This document shows positions 40,274 through 51,944 of a stretch of 64,000 nt of DNA, piece by piece. Position numbers and translations under genes: made by a program. Source of the DNA: an uncultured Prevotellaceae bacterium (GTDB taxonomy: Bacteria; Bacteroidota; Bacteroidia; Bacteroidales; Bacteroidaceae); NCBI GenBank assembly GCA_963517315.1, contig CAUQEF010000008.1, forward strand, positions 11,454 to 75,453, in the 5' to 3' direction. Positions within the stretch are counted from its first letter, which is position 1, and each line of letters opens with the position of its first letter. Under the pieces are notes generated by a model that was not told the DNA's origin, searched no databases, and was given only the letters and a program-made list of their open reading frames with translations.

Positions 40274-42511
40274 TCAAGCCCACAGACTTGCGAGGCGGAA
40301 GGTGAGCCACGCCGCGAGATAAGCCACGGCCGTGGTGTAGAGCATGGAGAGTATTGCGTATTTCCACTGCCCGCTCTCGCCGCGAATGGCCGCGATGGTC
40401 GCCAAACAGGGAAAATAGAGCAAGGCAAACACCATATAGCTCAATGCCGCCGCAGGAGAAGTAGCCTCGCGCAGGGCGGTTGAGATGGCTTGATCGGCCG
40501 CTTCGTCGTCGCCCGTGCCGGCGGCCGCTGCGCTCTTCTCGTCCATGTGATAGAGCACGCCGAGTGTCGAAATCATCAGCTCTTTGGCCGCCGCGCCCGT
40601 GAGGAGACCGACGCCCATGCGCCAGTCGAAACCGAGCGGCGCAATGACCGGCTGTATAAGATGTCCCGCCTGTCCGAGATAAGATTGCTCCTGCCGCTCG
40701 AGATCCGAGAGTTCGCGCTCCGGTTGCGGGAAGTAGCCCAAGATCCACACCACGATCGAGGCCACCAAGATGATGCCGCCCATCTTTCGCAGGTACTGTC
40801 GGCCCTTTTCCCACGTGTGGCTCAGCACACTCGCGGCCACCGGTCGGCGATAGGGCGGAATTTCCATCACGAAATGGCTCTCTTCGCGGCGGCGGATGAA
40901 GAAGCTCAGCAGATAGGCCGAGAGCAGCGCCATGAAGATGCCGCCGCAGTAGAGGAGGAAGAGCACCAAGGTAGCGTTGTCGGGAAAGAAGGCCAGCGTG
41001 AAGACCGTGTAGACCGTGAGACGGGCGGAGCACGACATGAACGGCAGGGTGATCATCGTGAGCAGGCGGCTTTTGCGGTTCTCGATGGTGCGCGTGGCCA
41101 TGATGGCCGGCACGTTGCAACCGAAACCGGTGAGCATCGGGAAAAACGACTTACCGTGAAGTCCCACGCGGCGCAAAATCGGGTCGAAAAGCAGGGCGGC
41201 GCGTGCCAAATAGCCCGAATCTTCGAGAATGGAGATGAAGAAATAGAGAATCAAGATCTGGGGCAAGAACACAATCACGGCACCCACGCCGCCCACCACG
41301 CCCGAAGCCAGCAAATCGGAGAGCCACCAACCTTTGGGCAGCGCTTCGGTGAGCGTCTTGGTGAGCCACGCCACGCCGTTTTCCATCCAGTCCATCGGAT
41401 ACTGGCCGATGGTGAACGTCGTCCAGAAGACGAGCAGAATCACGGCGAAGAAAAACAGGTAGGCCAAGGGGCTTTTCACCAAATGGCGGTCGACCCACCC
41501 GGTGAAGCGCACCGCCTTCCCCTCGTGCAGGCGGTAGATGTCCGCCAAGTAGTGGTGTACCAACGCATGCGGGTCGGCCGGCGAGTGGGGGTCGTCGGCC
41601 GGCAGCGCGGGTTGCTCCTCTCTCCGGTCGTAGGCCTCGATCACGGCCTCCGCCAGCGCTTGCAATCCCTCTCCGCGGCTGGCCACGCAAGGAACAAAGC
41701 GCATGCCCATGTGCTCCGAGAGGCGTTCCACATTGAGCGTCGAACCGCTTTCGGCAAATTCGTCCCACAAATTCAGTGCCCCCACCATGGGTAAGCCGAG
41801 GCGACGCACCTGCAAGGTGAGCAAGAGGTTGCGTTCCAAGTTGTTGACGTCGAGCACGTTGATCACCGCGTCGATTTCGCCCTTCAAGAGTTCGCTCATC
41901 ACATAAGCCTCCTCGGGCGAGTAGGCGCGGAGCGAATAAGTGCCGGGCAGGTCGACGAATCGCACCGTGCGCCCCGCGATGTGCGTTTCGCCCACGACGC
42001 TCGCCACCGTCACCCCTGCATAGTTGCCGGTGCGCTCGTGGCCGCCGGCCAGCGCGTTGAACACCGTCGTCTTTCCGCAATTCGGGTTGCCCACCAAAGC
42101 CACCGTGATCGTACCTTCGGCTTTCGGGGCCAACGGTTTTCGCGGCGAACAACCCGGGCAAGCACCGCAACTTCCGCTGTCACACCCCGTGGCCGGCAGA
42201 ATCGGTGCCGTGGGGAGGCGGAAAGCTTCGTGTCTTTCGCCCGGTGTGCGCGCCACGCGGCGCTCGTCGGCATAGTTTTCGTCGGGACGTTCGGTGCTCA
42301 CCTCGATGAGTTGTGCTTCGCTGTTGCGGAGCGCCACGCGCTGTCCGAGCATGGCGTAGATTACGGGCGAACCGCCGGGCGTGCCGTAGACGCGCGTCAC
42401 CTCCTGTCCCGGCACGAAACCGAGTTCTTCGAGGCGGATGCGCAGCGAGGGACTGCCCTTGGTGGCGGTGACGTAGGCGGTAGCTCCGTCGGTGAGATGA
42501 GAGAGATTCAT
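40274..42511 (-). CDS. feoB: Ferrous iron (or Mn) transporter, FeoA-FeoB fusion
   Basis: N-terminal FeoA (RLEELGFVPG..VALR), GNPNCGKT, GNYAGVTV, DLPGTYSL, LEDSGYLAR, GFGCNVPA, PFMSCSAR. Confidence 0.94.
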   Translation of the reverse strand: MNLSHLTDGATAYVTATKGSPSLRIRLEELGFVPGQEVTRVYGTPGGSPVIYAMLGQRVALRNSEAQLIEVSTERPDENYADERRVARTPGERHEAFRLPTAPILPATGCDSGSCGACPGCSPRKPLAPKAEGTITVALVGNPNCGKTTVFNALAGGHERTGNYAGVTVASVVGETHIAGRTVRFVDLPGTYSLRAYSPEEAYVMSELLKGEIDAVINVLDVNNLERNLLLTLQVRRLGLPMVGALNLWDEFAESGSTLNVERLSEHMGMRFVPCVASRGEGLQALAEAVIEAYDRREEQPALPADDPHSPADPHALVHHYLADIYRLHEGKAVRFTGWVDRHLVKSPLAYLFFFAVILLVFWTTFTIGQYPMDWMENGVAWLTKTLTEALPKGWWLSDLLASGVVGGVGAVIVFLPQILILYFFISILEDSGYLARAALLFDPILRRVGLHGKSFFPMLTGFGCNVPAIMATRTIENRKSRLLTMITLPFMSCSARLTVYTVFTLAFFPDNATLVLFLLYCGGIFMALLSAYLLSFFIRRREESHFVMEIPPYRRPVAASVLSHTWEKGRQYLRKMGGIILVASIVVWILGYFPQPERELSDLERQEQSYLGQAGHLIQPVIAPLGFDWRMGVGLLTGAAAKELMISTLGVLYHMDEKSAAAAGTGDDEAADQAISTALREATSPAAALSYMVFALLYFPCLATIAAIRGESGQWKYAILSMLYTTAVAYLAAWLTFRLASLWA

Positions 42512-42580
42512 AAGCTGTTATGTCGTGAGGGAGGGCGGCGCAAGTGGCCACCCTGCCCCTTATATATAAGGAGTGGTGTG

Positions 42581-42588
42581 CAAAGTTA
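42581..42588 (-). promoter_or_regulatory. -7 element (TAACTTTG) for feoAB; divergent pyk element TAAGTTTG at 42731-42738
   Basis: Consensus matches upstream of both divergent genes. Confidence 0.7.
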
Positions 42589-42782
42589 CGGCTTTCTTCC
42601 GCGCGGTGCAATACCTACTTATGGTGATTGTGTGGCGTTGAATTGCAAAGAGGGTGTGACAAGTTGCAAACAGTCAACCTTTTGCAGGGAAAAAGGGGAG
42701 AACTGAACAGAAAGTCCGTATTTTTTTTCGTAAGTTTGCAGAGCAAAGACTATACCATACAGTACTCGAAATCTCCCCGATA

Positions 42783-44249
42783 ATGAAACAAACCAAGATC
42801 GTCTGCTCGATCAGCGACTTGCGCTGCGACGAAAATTTCCTCCGCAAGTTGTTTTTCGCCGGTATGAACGTCGTGCGCATGAACACTGCCCACGCCTCTG
42901 CCGACGGCATCAAGAAAATCATTCGCAACGTGCGCGCCGTCTCGCCTCACCTGGGGCTGCTCATCGACACCAAGGGACCCGAAGTGCGCACCACAGGACT
43001 CAGCGCACCCATCGACTACACAGCCGGTGAGTGCGTTCGCATTTGCGGCTGTCCCGATGCCGACACCACCCACGATGTCATCAACGTGTCCTATCTCCAC
43101 TTCGTGCGCGACGTGAAAGTCGGCGACCACGTTCTCTTTGACGACGGCGCCATCGACATGCTCGTCACCGCGAAGGACGAAACGTCCCTCCACGTCACCG
43201 TACAAAACGACGGCACGCTCGGCGCGCACAAGAGCGTGAACGTGCCCGGCGAGCACATCGACCTGCCCGCCCTCACCGAGCGCGACAAAGAGAACATCCT
43301 CCTCGCCATTGAGGAAGACATCGATTTCATCGCCCACTCCTTCGTGCGCAGCGCCGCCGACGTCAAGGCCGTGCAGGACATTCTCGACGCCCACGGCAGT
43401 GACATCAAGATCATTTCCAAGATCGAAAACCAAGAAGGCGTGGACAACATCGATGAAATCATCGACGCGTCCTACGGTGTGATGATCGCCCGCGGCGACC
43501 TCGGCATCGAGGTGCCCATCGAGCGCATCCCCGGCATCCAGCGCCAGATCATTCACAAGTGTGTGGTGAAGAAGAAGCCCGTCATCGTGGCCACGCAGAT
43601 GCTCCACACCATGATCAACAATCCGCGCCCCACCCGCGCCGAGGTCACCGACATTGCCAACGCCATCTACTACCGCACCGACGCACTCATGCTCAGCGGC
43701 GAAACGGCTTCGGGCAAATATCCCCTCGAAGCGGTGCAAACGATGGCCGCCATCGCCGAACAGGCCGAACGCGACAAGATGCGCGAGCACGACCTCGACC
43801 CGATGGTCGACACCACCGACCAACGTGAGTTCTTGGCGCACGCCGCCGTCGAATCCACGCGCCAACTCGGCGTGAAGGGCATTCTCACCGACAGCGAAAC
43901 GGGACAAACGGCACGCGCCCTCGCCGCTTTCCGCGGTCCCACGCCCGTCATCGCCATCTGCTACAAGGAGAAGACCATGCGCCTGCTCAACCTTTCCTAC
44001 GGCGTGATCCCCATCTACCAGAAGAAGCATGTGTCGGCGCAATACACCTTCACGGCTGCCGTGCGTATGATGCGCCAAAAAGGCTTCCTCGAACTCAACG
44101 ACAAGATCGCCTACCTCAGCGGTAGCTTCGGCGACGGCGGCGGTACGAGCTTCTTGGAGATCAACAAGGTGAGCACCATCTACGACAGCAAATATCGCTT
44201 CCACTTGCCCGAAGGCGTGCACGTCGACGAACTTGCGCCTTCCAAATAA
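42783..44249 (+). CDS. pyk: Pyruvate kinase
   Basis: TKIVCSI, RMNTAH, DTKGPEVRT, IISKIEN, MIARGDLGIE, ATQML..PTRAEVTD, MLSGETA. Confidence 0.97.
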   Translation: MKQTKIVCSISDLRCDENFLRKLFFAGMNVVRMNTAHASADGIKKIIRNVRAVSPHLGLLIDTKGPEVRTTGLSAPIDYTAGECVRICGCPDADTTHDVINVSYLHFVRDVKVGDHVLFDDGAIDMLVTAKDETSLHVTVQNDGTLGAHKSVNVPGEHIDLPALTERDKENILLAIEEDIDFIAHSFVRSAADVKAVQDILDAHGSDIKIISKIENQEGVDNIDEIIDASYGVMIARGDLGIEVPIERIPGIQRQIIHKCVVKKKPVIVATQMLHTMINNPRPTRAEVTDIANAIYYRTDALMLSGETASGKYPLEAVQTMAAIAEQAERDKMREHDLDPMVDTTDQREFLAHAAVESTRQLGVKGILTDSETGQTARALAAFRGPTPVIAICYKEKTMRLLNLSYGVIPIYQKKHVSAQYTFTAAVRMMRQKGFLELNDKIAYLSGSFGDGGGTSFLEINKVSTIYDSKYRFHLPEGVHVDELAPSK

Positions 44250-44307
44250 TTCCCCTCGCTCCGCTGTGCCGCTGCTCTCGGGCGCAGCCTTTCGAGCACC
44301 ATACATT

Positions 44308-44349
44308 AAAAACGACCGCGACCGAACGCTCTGTTCGGCCGCGGTCGTC
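44308..44349. terminator. Terminator between convergent pyk and DUF6804-like gene
   Basis: ACGACCGCGACCGAAC / GTTCGGCCGCGGTCGT stem with AAAA flank. Confidence 0.75.
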
Positions 44350-44385
44350 CGCGTTTGTGCGAAAGGTGAGTCGCGCTCGGCAGAC

Positions 44386-44682
44386 TCACCGTTTTTTCCG
44401 CCACAGATAGAGCAGCCAGGCGGCTACTGCCACGTCCACCACGTTCCACAGCGGGCGGCCGAGCGCCACCTTGAGGAAGGGCTGAAACAGCAGCGCCAGC
44501 GCCACGAAAGTCCAAGCCCTGTTGTTGCTCGATCGGTCGAAGTGCTGCACGGCAAGCAGGGCAAAGCCGCCCGCCGCCACGAAGCGGACAAGTTGAAAGA
44601 AACCATAGGGCAACGGCAAGAGGCAGGCGACGAGCAGAGCGGCCAGTGCCGGGAAAAGGATTTGGGGATAGGAGGATTTCAT
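44386..44682 (-). CDS. Small membrane protein (DUF6804-like)
   Basis: LCL.PLPYGFFQLVRF..LALLFQPFLKVALGRPLWNVVDV; -7 element TACATTTG at 44826-44833. Confidence 0.8.
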   Translation of the reverse strand: MKSSYPQILFPALAALLVACLLPLPYGFFQLVRFVAAGGFALLAVQHFDRSSNNRAWTFVALALLFQPFLKVALGRPLWNVVDVAVAAWLLYLWRKKR

Positions 44683-44867
44683 CGGTGCTAAATTTGAAGA
44701 GAGTTAAGTGGTGAACCAACGCATTCACGCCGTATCTCCGCAGCCTGCCTGCCGGCGGTGCGATGTCGGTGTGCACCGCCGGCAGCAAAATGCAGCCTGC
44801 CGGCGCAGGTTGGCGCGCGTTTTGGCAAATGTAGCCATTTTGTTTAGACACGCGCTGCGGTGCGATG

Positions 44868-44950
44868 AAAAAACGGTCGCCTATCCATAAAAAGTGCGCT
44901 CCTTTTGCCAAAAACTTGGCGACTTTTCTCGCCTTGTCGGCCACTTTTGG
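44868..44950. repeat. 21-bp-period degenerate palindromic array
   Basis: Half-sites at 44901, 44922, 44943. Confidence 0.75.
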
Positions 44951-45052
44951 GCAGTGTCGCGCTTTGGCGCTTTGCAAGCCCGCTCGCGGCGCCTGATCTT
45001 GCCCCACGAATGAGTCCCTGCAATCGCGCTCGCAGCGCGCGAGAGCAGGCGC

Positions 45053-45171
45053 AAAAACAAAAGTGGCCATCCTCCGCTGAGGACAGCCATCTTTCGAACA
45101 TAGACATAACAATTTAAATTCTTACTCTGACGACAACCGTTACCGAGGCATCGGTCTCTTCTATCAGAATG
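45053..45171 (-). ncRNA. Candidate ~120-nt small RNA
   Basis: -7 element TACCTTTG (45177-45184), 5' hairpin, AU-rich middle, 11-bp terminator stem with TTTTGTTTTT; no ORF inside. Confidence 0.55.
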
Positions 45172-45450
45172 CACTGCAAAGGTAGAGACTTTTTCCACCT
45201 TTGGCAATACCCATTTGCAGTGATTTTGCACGGTGGGGAACAGAATGTGCTATTTTGCCGAAAAGAGGATGATTTGTCGCCGTTTTGGGTTGTAAATCTT
45301 TGTTTGTCAGTGTGGTAAAGGAGTTTTGTTGAGAAGCTCGGTCTCTTCCTACCTGATTATGCGTCGCATTTTTTCACTAAAAAGTAGGTATTGCCTCCTC
45401 ACATTTGGGTAGTGCGCGGTCGGAAGGGGAGATTCGCGACCGTGTGCCGA

Positions 45451-47322
<1,872 letters not shown>

Positions 47323-47420
47323 ATGAAATGTGTGTTTGTGTGTTGTGATGTTGCAAATAAATGTGGGGGACTATTCGGCATGCAGCGCCGCCCTACCAAA
47401 ACGGCGGGGCGGCGCTGTGT

Positions 47421-48158
47421 TTAGTCGAATAGAGGTTGGTGATGGGGGTGGGGGCGATCGCGATAGGCATCGCGGGCGGCCTTCACCAGATGGATGCAGT
47501 GCTGTGGATCAGCCTGTCGGAAATCGGCATAGTGGCGGGCGAGACTCTCGAAGAACTCGGGCGGCCCCACCAGACGGCCGAGGTTTTGGCATCCGCGCTC
47601 CACACTGATTTTTTTGCCCCATTTGAGAGCGTTGGTGTCGAGGAGCGAGAAGTGGAAGCGCTCGCCGATGCGGTCGAACAGGATGTTGCCCGCGGAGAAG
47701 TCCTTGTGCAAAAAACCACTGTTGTGGAGGTGTGCGGCAAAACGGGCGAAACTCTTCGTCACCTCTTCGCGGAAAGCCCCTTCGAAGGTGGGGATGTCAC
47801 GCATAGAATGGCGGTAGTCCGAATAGAGGCTCACATAGTAATGCGTGGCGTCGAGCAAACCGTGGCGATCGCAGAGGAAGGCCACCGCTTCGGGGCTTTC
47901 AAAACTGCGCTCCTTGAGCATCAGTGAGGTGACAAAGGCGCGCTTGGCCTTGTTCGTTTTGTAGAAACGGGTGGCCACGCGGTATTTGAGCGGCATGCGC
48001 CCATAGCGTTTCACGGCCAGTCGCAGCCCGTCGATTTCGACCAGGCGAATGACGTTGCGCCCATGGTAGATTTCCTTGCCGACACTGTCAAAGTGCCGCG
48101 CCACCTCAAGGAGTTGATCGCGCAGGTGGTGGTATTTGGGGTTAAGAACGATGTGCAT
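47421..48158 (-). CDS. Lipopolysaccharide/Kdo kinase (InaA/WaaP-like) family protein
   Basis: GRNVIR, AVKRY, HKDFSAGNIL, SLLDTN kinase-like motifs. Confidence 0.82.
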   Translation of the reverse strand: MHIVLNPKYHHLRDQLLEVARHFDSVGKEIYHGRNVIRLVEIDGLRLAVKRYGRMPLKYRVATRFYKTNKAKRAFVTSLMLKERSFESPEAVAFLCDRHGLLDATHYYVSLYSDYRHSMRDIPTFEGAFREEVTKSFARFAAHLHNSGFLHKDFSAGNILFDRIGERFHFSLLDTNALKWGKKISVERGCQNLGRLVGPPEFFESLARHYADFRQADPQHCIHLVKAARDAYRDRPHPHHQPLFD

Positions 48159-49825
48159 CAGCTGAGTCCTGTGATTTCTCCGTTGATATAATCAATGTTG
48201 AGCGCCTGAGGAGTCTTGGGCAGTCCGGGCATGCGCATGATGTCTCCGGCAATCGCCACGATCATTTCCGCACCGGCGTTGATCACCACATCGCGGATGA
48301 GAAAGTCAAAGCCTTCGGCCGCGCCAAATCGTGTGGGATCGTCCGAGAAGGAGTATTGCGTCTTGGCGATGCACACCGGGAAGTGGCTCATGCCGAGCGA
48401 TTCGGCGAGGCGCAGGCGGGTGAGGGCGGGCTTGGCGAAGGTGACAGTGGCCGCACCGTAGAGATTGCGCGCCACCTTTTCGATCTTCGTGCGCAGGTCG
48501 TCGCCGTCTTCGTAGGCAAAGTGCAGGGGCGCAGAGGGCGTTTTTTCGACGGCGTCGACCACAATCTGTGCCATCTCCTCAGCGCCGGCACCGCCTTCAG
48601 CATAGGCGTTGTTGATCACGAAGGGTGCTTGGAGCACCTCCTCGCAGTGTTGGCGCAGGAGTGCCATTTCTTCGTCGGTGTCGGCGGCAAAGCGGTTGAA
48701 GACGATCACCACATTTTGGCCGAACGAGCGGAGGTTGCGCAGGTGCTTGTCAAGATTGGGTAGTCCGGCGCGGAGGCCTTCGAGATTGGGCTGCGCGATT
48801 TGGTCGAGGGGCACACCGCCGTGCATCTTCAGGCCTTGTGCCGTGGCCACGAGCACGGTGAGTGCGGGTTGCAGGCCGGCTTTGCGGCATTTGATGTCGT
48901 AGAACTTCTCCGCCCCGAGGTCGGCGCCGAAGCCCGCTTCGGTGATGACGTAGTCGGCGTGCGACATTGCCATCTTGGTGGCCACAATGGTGTTGCAGCC
49001 GTGGGCGATGTTGGCAAAGGGACCGCCGTGTACGAAGGCGGGGGTGTTCTCCGTCGTCTGCACGAGGTTGGGTTCGAGGGCATCTTTGAGGAGCACCACG
49101 ATACCGCCCGCCACGCCGAGATCCTTCACGGTGAAGGGTGTGCCGTCGTAGCGATAGCCGAGGAGAATGTTCTCAATGCGGCGGCGCAGGTCGGCCTCGT
49201 CGGCGGCCAGACAGAGGATGGCCATGAGTTCGCTGGCGGGGGTGATGTCGAAGCCGGCTTGTGTGGGGATGCCGTTGACCGAAGGGCCGAGACCGGTGAC
49301 GATGCTGCGGAGCGAACGGTCGTTGACGTCGAGCACGCGCCGCCAGAGCACTTCTTTCAGTCCGAAGCCTTCGGCGCGATGCTGGTAGATATAATTGTCG
49401 AGCAGCGCCGCGATCATGTTGTGCGCAGCGGTGATGGCGTGGAAGTCGCCGGTGAAGTGGAGATTGATCTTCTCCATGGGCAGCACTTGGGCGTGTCCGC
49501 CGCCGGCGGCGCCGCCTTTCATGCCGAAACAGGGGCCGAGCGAGGGTTCGCGCAGGGCAACGACGGTTTTGCGGCCGATGCGGTTCAGTCCGAGGGCGAG
49601 TCCGATCGAAACGGTGGTCTTGCCGATGCCGGCGCGGGTGGCCGAGATCGAGGTGACGAGGATGAGGCGACTGTTGTGCGCTTGCGTTTCGTCGATGAGG
49701 CGCAGGGGCACTTTCGCAATGTATTTGCCGTGCTGTTCCAAGTCTGCTTCGTCGATGCCGATTTGGGCGGCGATGTCGCGGATGGGGAGCAGCGGGGTGG
49801 AGTGAGCGATTTCGAGGTCGGTCAT
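48158..49825 (-). CDS. fhs: Formate--tetrahydrofolate ligase
   Basis: [68 protein letters not shown]. Confidence 0.97.
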   Translation of the reverse strand: MTDLEIAHSTPLLPIRDIAAQIGIDEADLEQHGKYIAKVPLRLIDETQAHNSRLILVTSISATRAGIGKTTVSIGLALGLNRIGRKTVVALREPSLGPCFGMKGGAAGGGHAQVLPMEKINLHFTGDFHAITAAHNMIAALLDNYIYQHRAEGFGLKEVLWRRVLDVNDRSLRSIVTGLGPSVNGIPTQAGFDITPASELMAILCLAADEADLRRRIENILLGYRYDGTPFTVKDLGVAGGIVVLLKDALEPNLVQTTENTPAFVHGGPFANIAHGCNTIVATKMAMSHADYVITEAGFGADLGAEKFYDIKCRKAGLQPALTVLVATAQGLKMHGGVPLDQIAQPNLEGLRAGLPNLDKHLRNLRSFGQNVVIVFNRFAADTDEEMALLRQHCEEVLQAPFVINNAYAEGGAGAEEMAQIVVDAVEKTPSAPLHFAYEDGDDLRTKIEKVARNLYGAATVTFAKPALTRLRLAESLGMSHFPVCIAKTQYSFSDDPTRFGAAEGFDFLIRDVVINAGAEMIVAIAGDIMRMPGLPKTPQALNIDYINGEITGLS

Positions 49826-50037
49826 ATAAAGGTTGGGGGGAGAGAGGTGAAAGAATAAGGCAAAAGAGCGCCCCTTTCGCGACAACTCGTGAAAGGGCAA
49901 TGCAAAAATACGAAAAAGCCCCGAGCTGTGTTGACGTTTTGTGCAGTATTTCACGCAGATAGGTGCGGAAATGCACATTGTCGCTCACAGAAAGGGGTGC
50001 AAAGCTGAAAATGTAGGGTCGTCAAAGCAAAACCGCC

Positions 50038-50078
50038 CCTCGACGGTCGGAATACCGATCGTCGAGGAGCGAAAAAAG
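50038..50078 (-). terminator. Terminator downstream of T9SS adhesin-like gene
   Basis: CCTCGACGGTCGG-aata-CCGATCGTCGAGG stem. Confidence 0.7.
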
Positions 50079-50115
50079 GAGATCCGCACGAGGCGGCGGT
50101 GTAGAGAGGTGTCGA

Positions 50116-51342
50116 TTAGCGCACGACAGTCTTCACACCGTTGATGATGTAGACACCGCGTTCAGCCTTTTCGACGCGGCGGCCGTTGAGGTCGAAGATC
50201 ACCGTGCGGCCGTTGGTCGTGTGGGCTTGGCGCACCGCTTTGGGTTCTTCGGCCACCTTGAAGTTCTTGATTTCCCAAGTAGCAGCGCCCGCGGTGGTGC
50301 TGGTGTACTTGAAGCCGAACTGCACCTTCTTGCCCGTGTAGGCCTTCAGATCGATGGCACCGGAGTTCACATAGACGAAGTTCTTTGCGCCCGGCCACGT
50401 CTTCACTTCGAGGGGTTGCCATTCGCCCGTAGCGCCTTCGCGGATGTAGAGACCTTGGGTCGAAGCGTCGGTCTTATAACCGATGGCATGTTCGAAGGTG
50501 AGGAACGAAGTCTTCTTGAGTTCCACCTCGGGAGAGATGGCCCATGCTTCCGTGTCGGCGTTCTTTCCGGTTTTGCCGCCATAATGTCCCGTTGCTTTCA
50601 GACCGTATTTGGTCGTTTGCATCCAAACCGCCTTCAAACCCTCGGGGAGTTCGCCCTGTTCGAGCGTCCAGCCTTCGGCGTTGTCGGTGAGTGCCTTTTC
50701 GTAAACGGTGGCACCGACGGGTGTTTCGGGTTTGGGATCGGGTGCAGGTTGAGGTTCGGGATCAGGCGTGGGCTTGGGCTGAGGCTCCGGTTTGGGATCG
50801 GGAGCGGGCGTTCCGCCTTCGGCCGTGAGCATCACGTCGTCGATGAGCACAGCTCCCTTAGAGTCTTTCTTGTTGGCGACGAACACATCGACAGAAGCGT
50901 CTTCTTTCAACTCAAATTTGAAAGTGAATTGCTTCCATTCGTTGTTGTCGACTTTCAGGTCTTCTCCATAGGAATAGGCCTTTAAACCGGAAGTGCCGGT
51001 TTTGTGCCATCCGCCGTTGACGACGGCTTCACTCACCGCCTTGGCGTAGAATGAAAGCGTGTAGTTGCCGGCTTTGAGATCGAGCGCGTTGCTGTGGTAG
51101 CGCACATTTTGCCCTTTACCTTTTACTACTTTATGTTCTACTTCGAGCGCTTTTCCACTGCGGCCTTCGGCGGCCTCTTTGACGGCTGCACTCGAGGGAC
51201 TTCCCTTGGCCGTTTTTTGCCATTGGGCGGGAATTTTGCCGTCCCAGCTTTCGAAGTCACCGTTCTTCACGAGGTTGTCTTGAGCGGCGGCGGTGAGACC
51301 GGCGGCCAAGAACATAGCGATAGAGAGTAAAGATTTAACCAT
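50116..51342 (-). CDS. Secreted non-catalytic protein: CBM4/9-like domain, Pro-rich linker, cleaved-adhesin-like domain, short T9SS CTD
   Basis: NLVKNGDFESW..YTLSFYAK..LIDDV; PAPDPKPEPQP repeats; WAISP..IDLKAYTGKKVQFGFKYTS; IFDLNGRRV..GVYIINGVK. Confidence 0.82.
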   Translation of the reverse strand: MVKSLLSIAMFLAAGLTAAAQDNLVKNGDFESWDGKIPAQWQKTAKGSPSSAAVKEAAEGRSGKALEVEHKVVKGKGQNVRYHSNALDLKAGNYTLSFYAKAVSEAVVNGGWHKTGTSGLKAYSYGEDLKVDNNEWKQFTFKFELKEDASVDVFVANKKDSKGAVLIDDVMLTAEGGTPAPDPKPEPQPKPTPDPEPQPAPDPKPETPVGATVYEKALTDNAEGWTLEQGELPEGLKAVWMQTTKYGLKATGHYGGKTGKNADTEAWAISPEVELKKTSFLTFEHAIGYKTDASTQGLYIREGATGEWQPLEVKTWPGAKNFVYVNSGAIDLKAYTGKKVQFGFKYTSTTAGAATWEIKNFKVAEEPKAVRQAHTTNGRTVIFDLNGRRVEKAERGVYIINGVKTVVR

Positions 51343-51413
51343 ACGACAGGTTTTAGAATGAAACTTACCGCGAATATGCGAATTTCTTTTCTTCAGAACA
51401 AACAAAATGTACG

Positions 51414-51458
51414 AAAAAGCACCCCAATGTGGCAAAATGCCACCAAATTGGGGTGCTT
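51414..51458 (-). terminator. Terminator of tauE-like/DUF1634 operon
   Basis: AAGCACCCCAAT..GTGGCA-aaa-TGCCAC..ATTGGGGTGCTT nested stem followed by T-run on the minus strand. Confidence 0.7.
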
Positions 51459-51471
51459 GACGCTTAAAATC

Positions 51472-51556
51472 AAAAATAATGGGGGACTTTTGTGGAAAAG
51501 TTGGGGAGTTTTATGCGAAAGTCGCGACGTTTTCTCTTTTTCTTGCCCACTTTTCA
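51472..51556. repeat. 21-bp-period degenerate palindromic array
   Basis: Half-sites at 51486, 51507, 51528, 51549. Confidence 0.85.
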
Positions 51557-51931
51557 AAAACCGCCGATGGAGTTGCTCACAATGACGGTCAACACGATGG
51601 CGGTGATGGCCGCGTAGAGCCAATCGCGTTCGAGCATGAAGTCGAGGAGCGAGAACACCACGCGCAGGATGGGGGTGAGAATGAGCGCCACCACGCCGAG
51701 TTGGATGCAGCTGTAAGCGTCGAAGGCCGCCACACCGCGCACGATGCCCGTGAGGGTGGTGAAGTGGGTTTGCGCAGCGGCCGTGGCGGGGTCGAAATGG
51801 CGGTAGTCGGGCACGGGATCTCCGCCGTGGGCGATGAGATAGTAGAGACCTCCGAGCGCGGCGAGCACGCAGGCCAACGTCACGCCGCGGCGCAGCGTGT
51901 TGCCGATGAGTTGTTGGATGTCAAATTGCAT
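51554..51931 (-). CDS. DUF1634 membrane protein
   Basis: IGNTLRRGV..IQLGVVALILTPILRV; typical partner of TauE/SafE. Confidence 0.85.
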   Translation of the reverse strand: MQFDIQQLIGNTLRRGVTLACVLAALGGLYYLIAHGGDPVPDYRHFDPATAAAQTHFTTLTGIVRGVAAFDAYSCIQLGVVALILTPILRVVFSLLDFMLERDWLYAAITAIVLTVIVSNSIGGF

Positions 51932-51944
51932 AGCTGGCGAGGCA

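Noticed and set aside
49826..49910. ZTP (pfl) or THF riboswitch upstream of fhs
   Set aside because: Leader is only about 70 nt and lacks recognisable consensus elements
51417..51458. 12-bp inverted repeats as an invertible promoter
   Set aside because: Arms are only 18 bp apart, enclose no promoter and are followed by a T-run, so this is a terminator; no recombinase nearby
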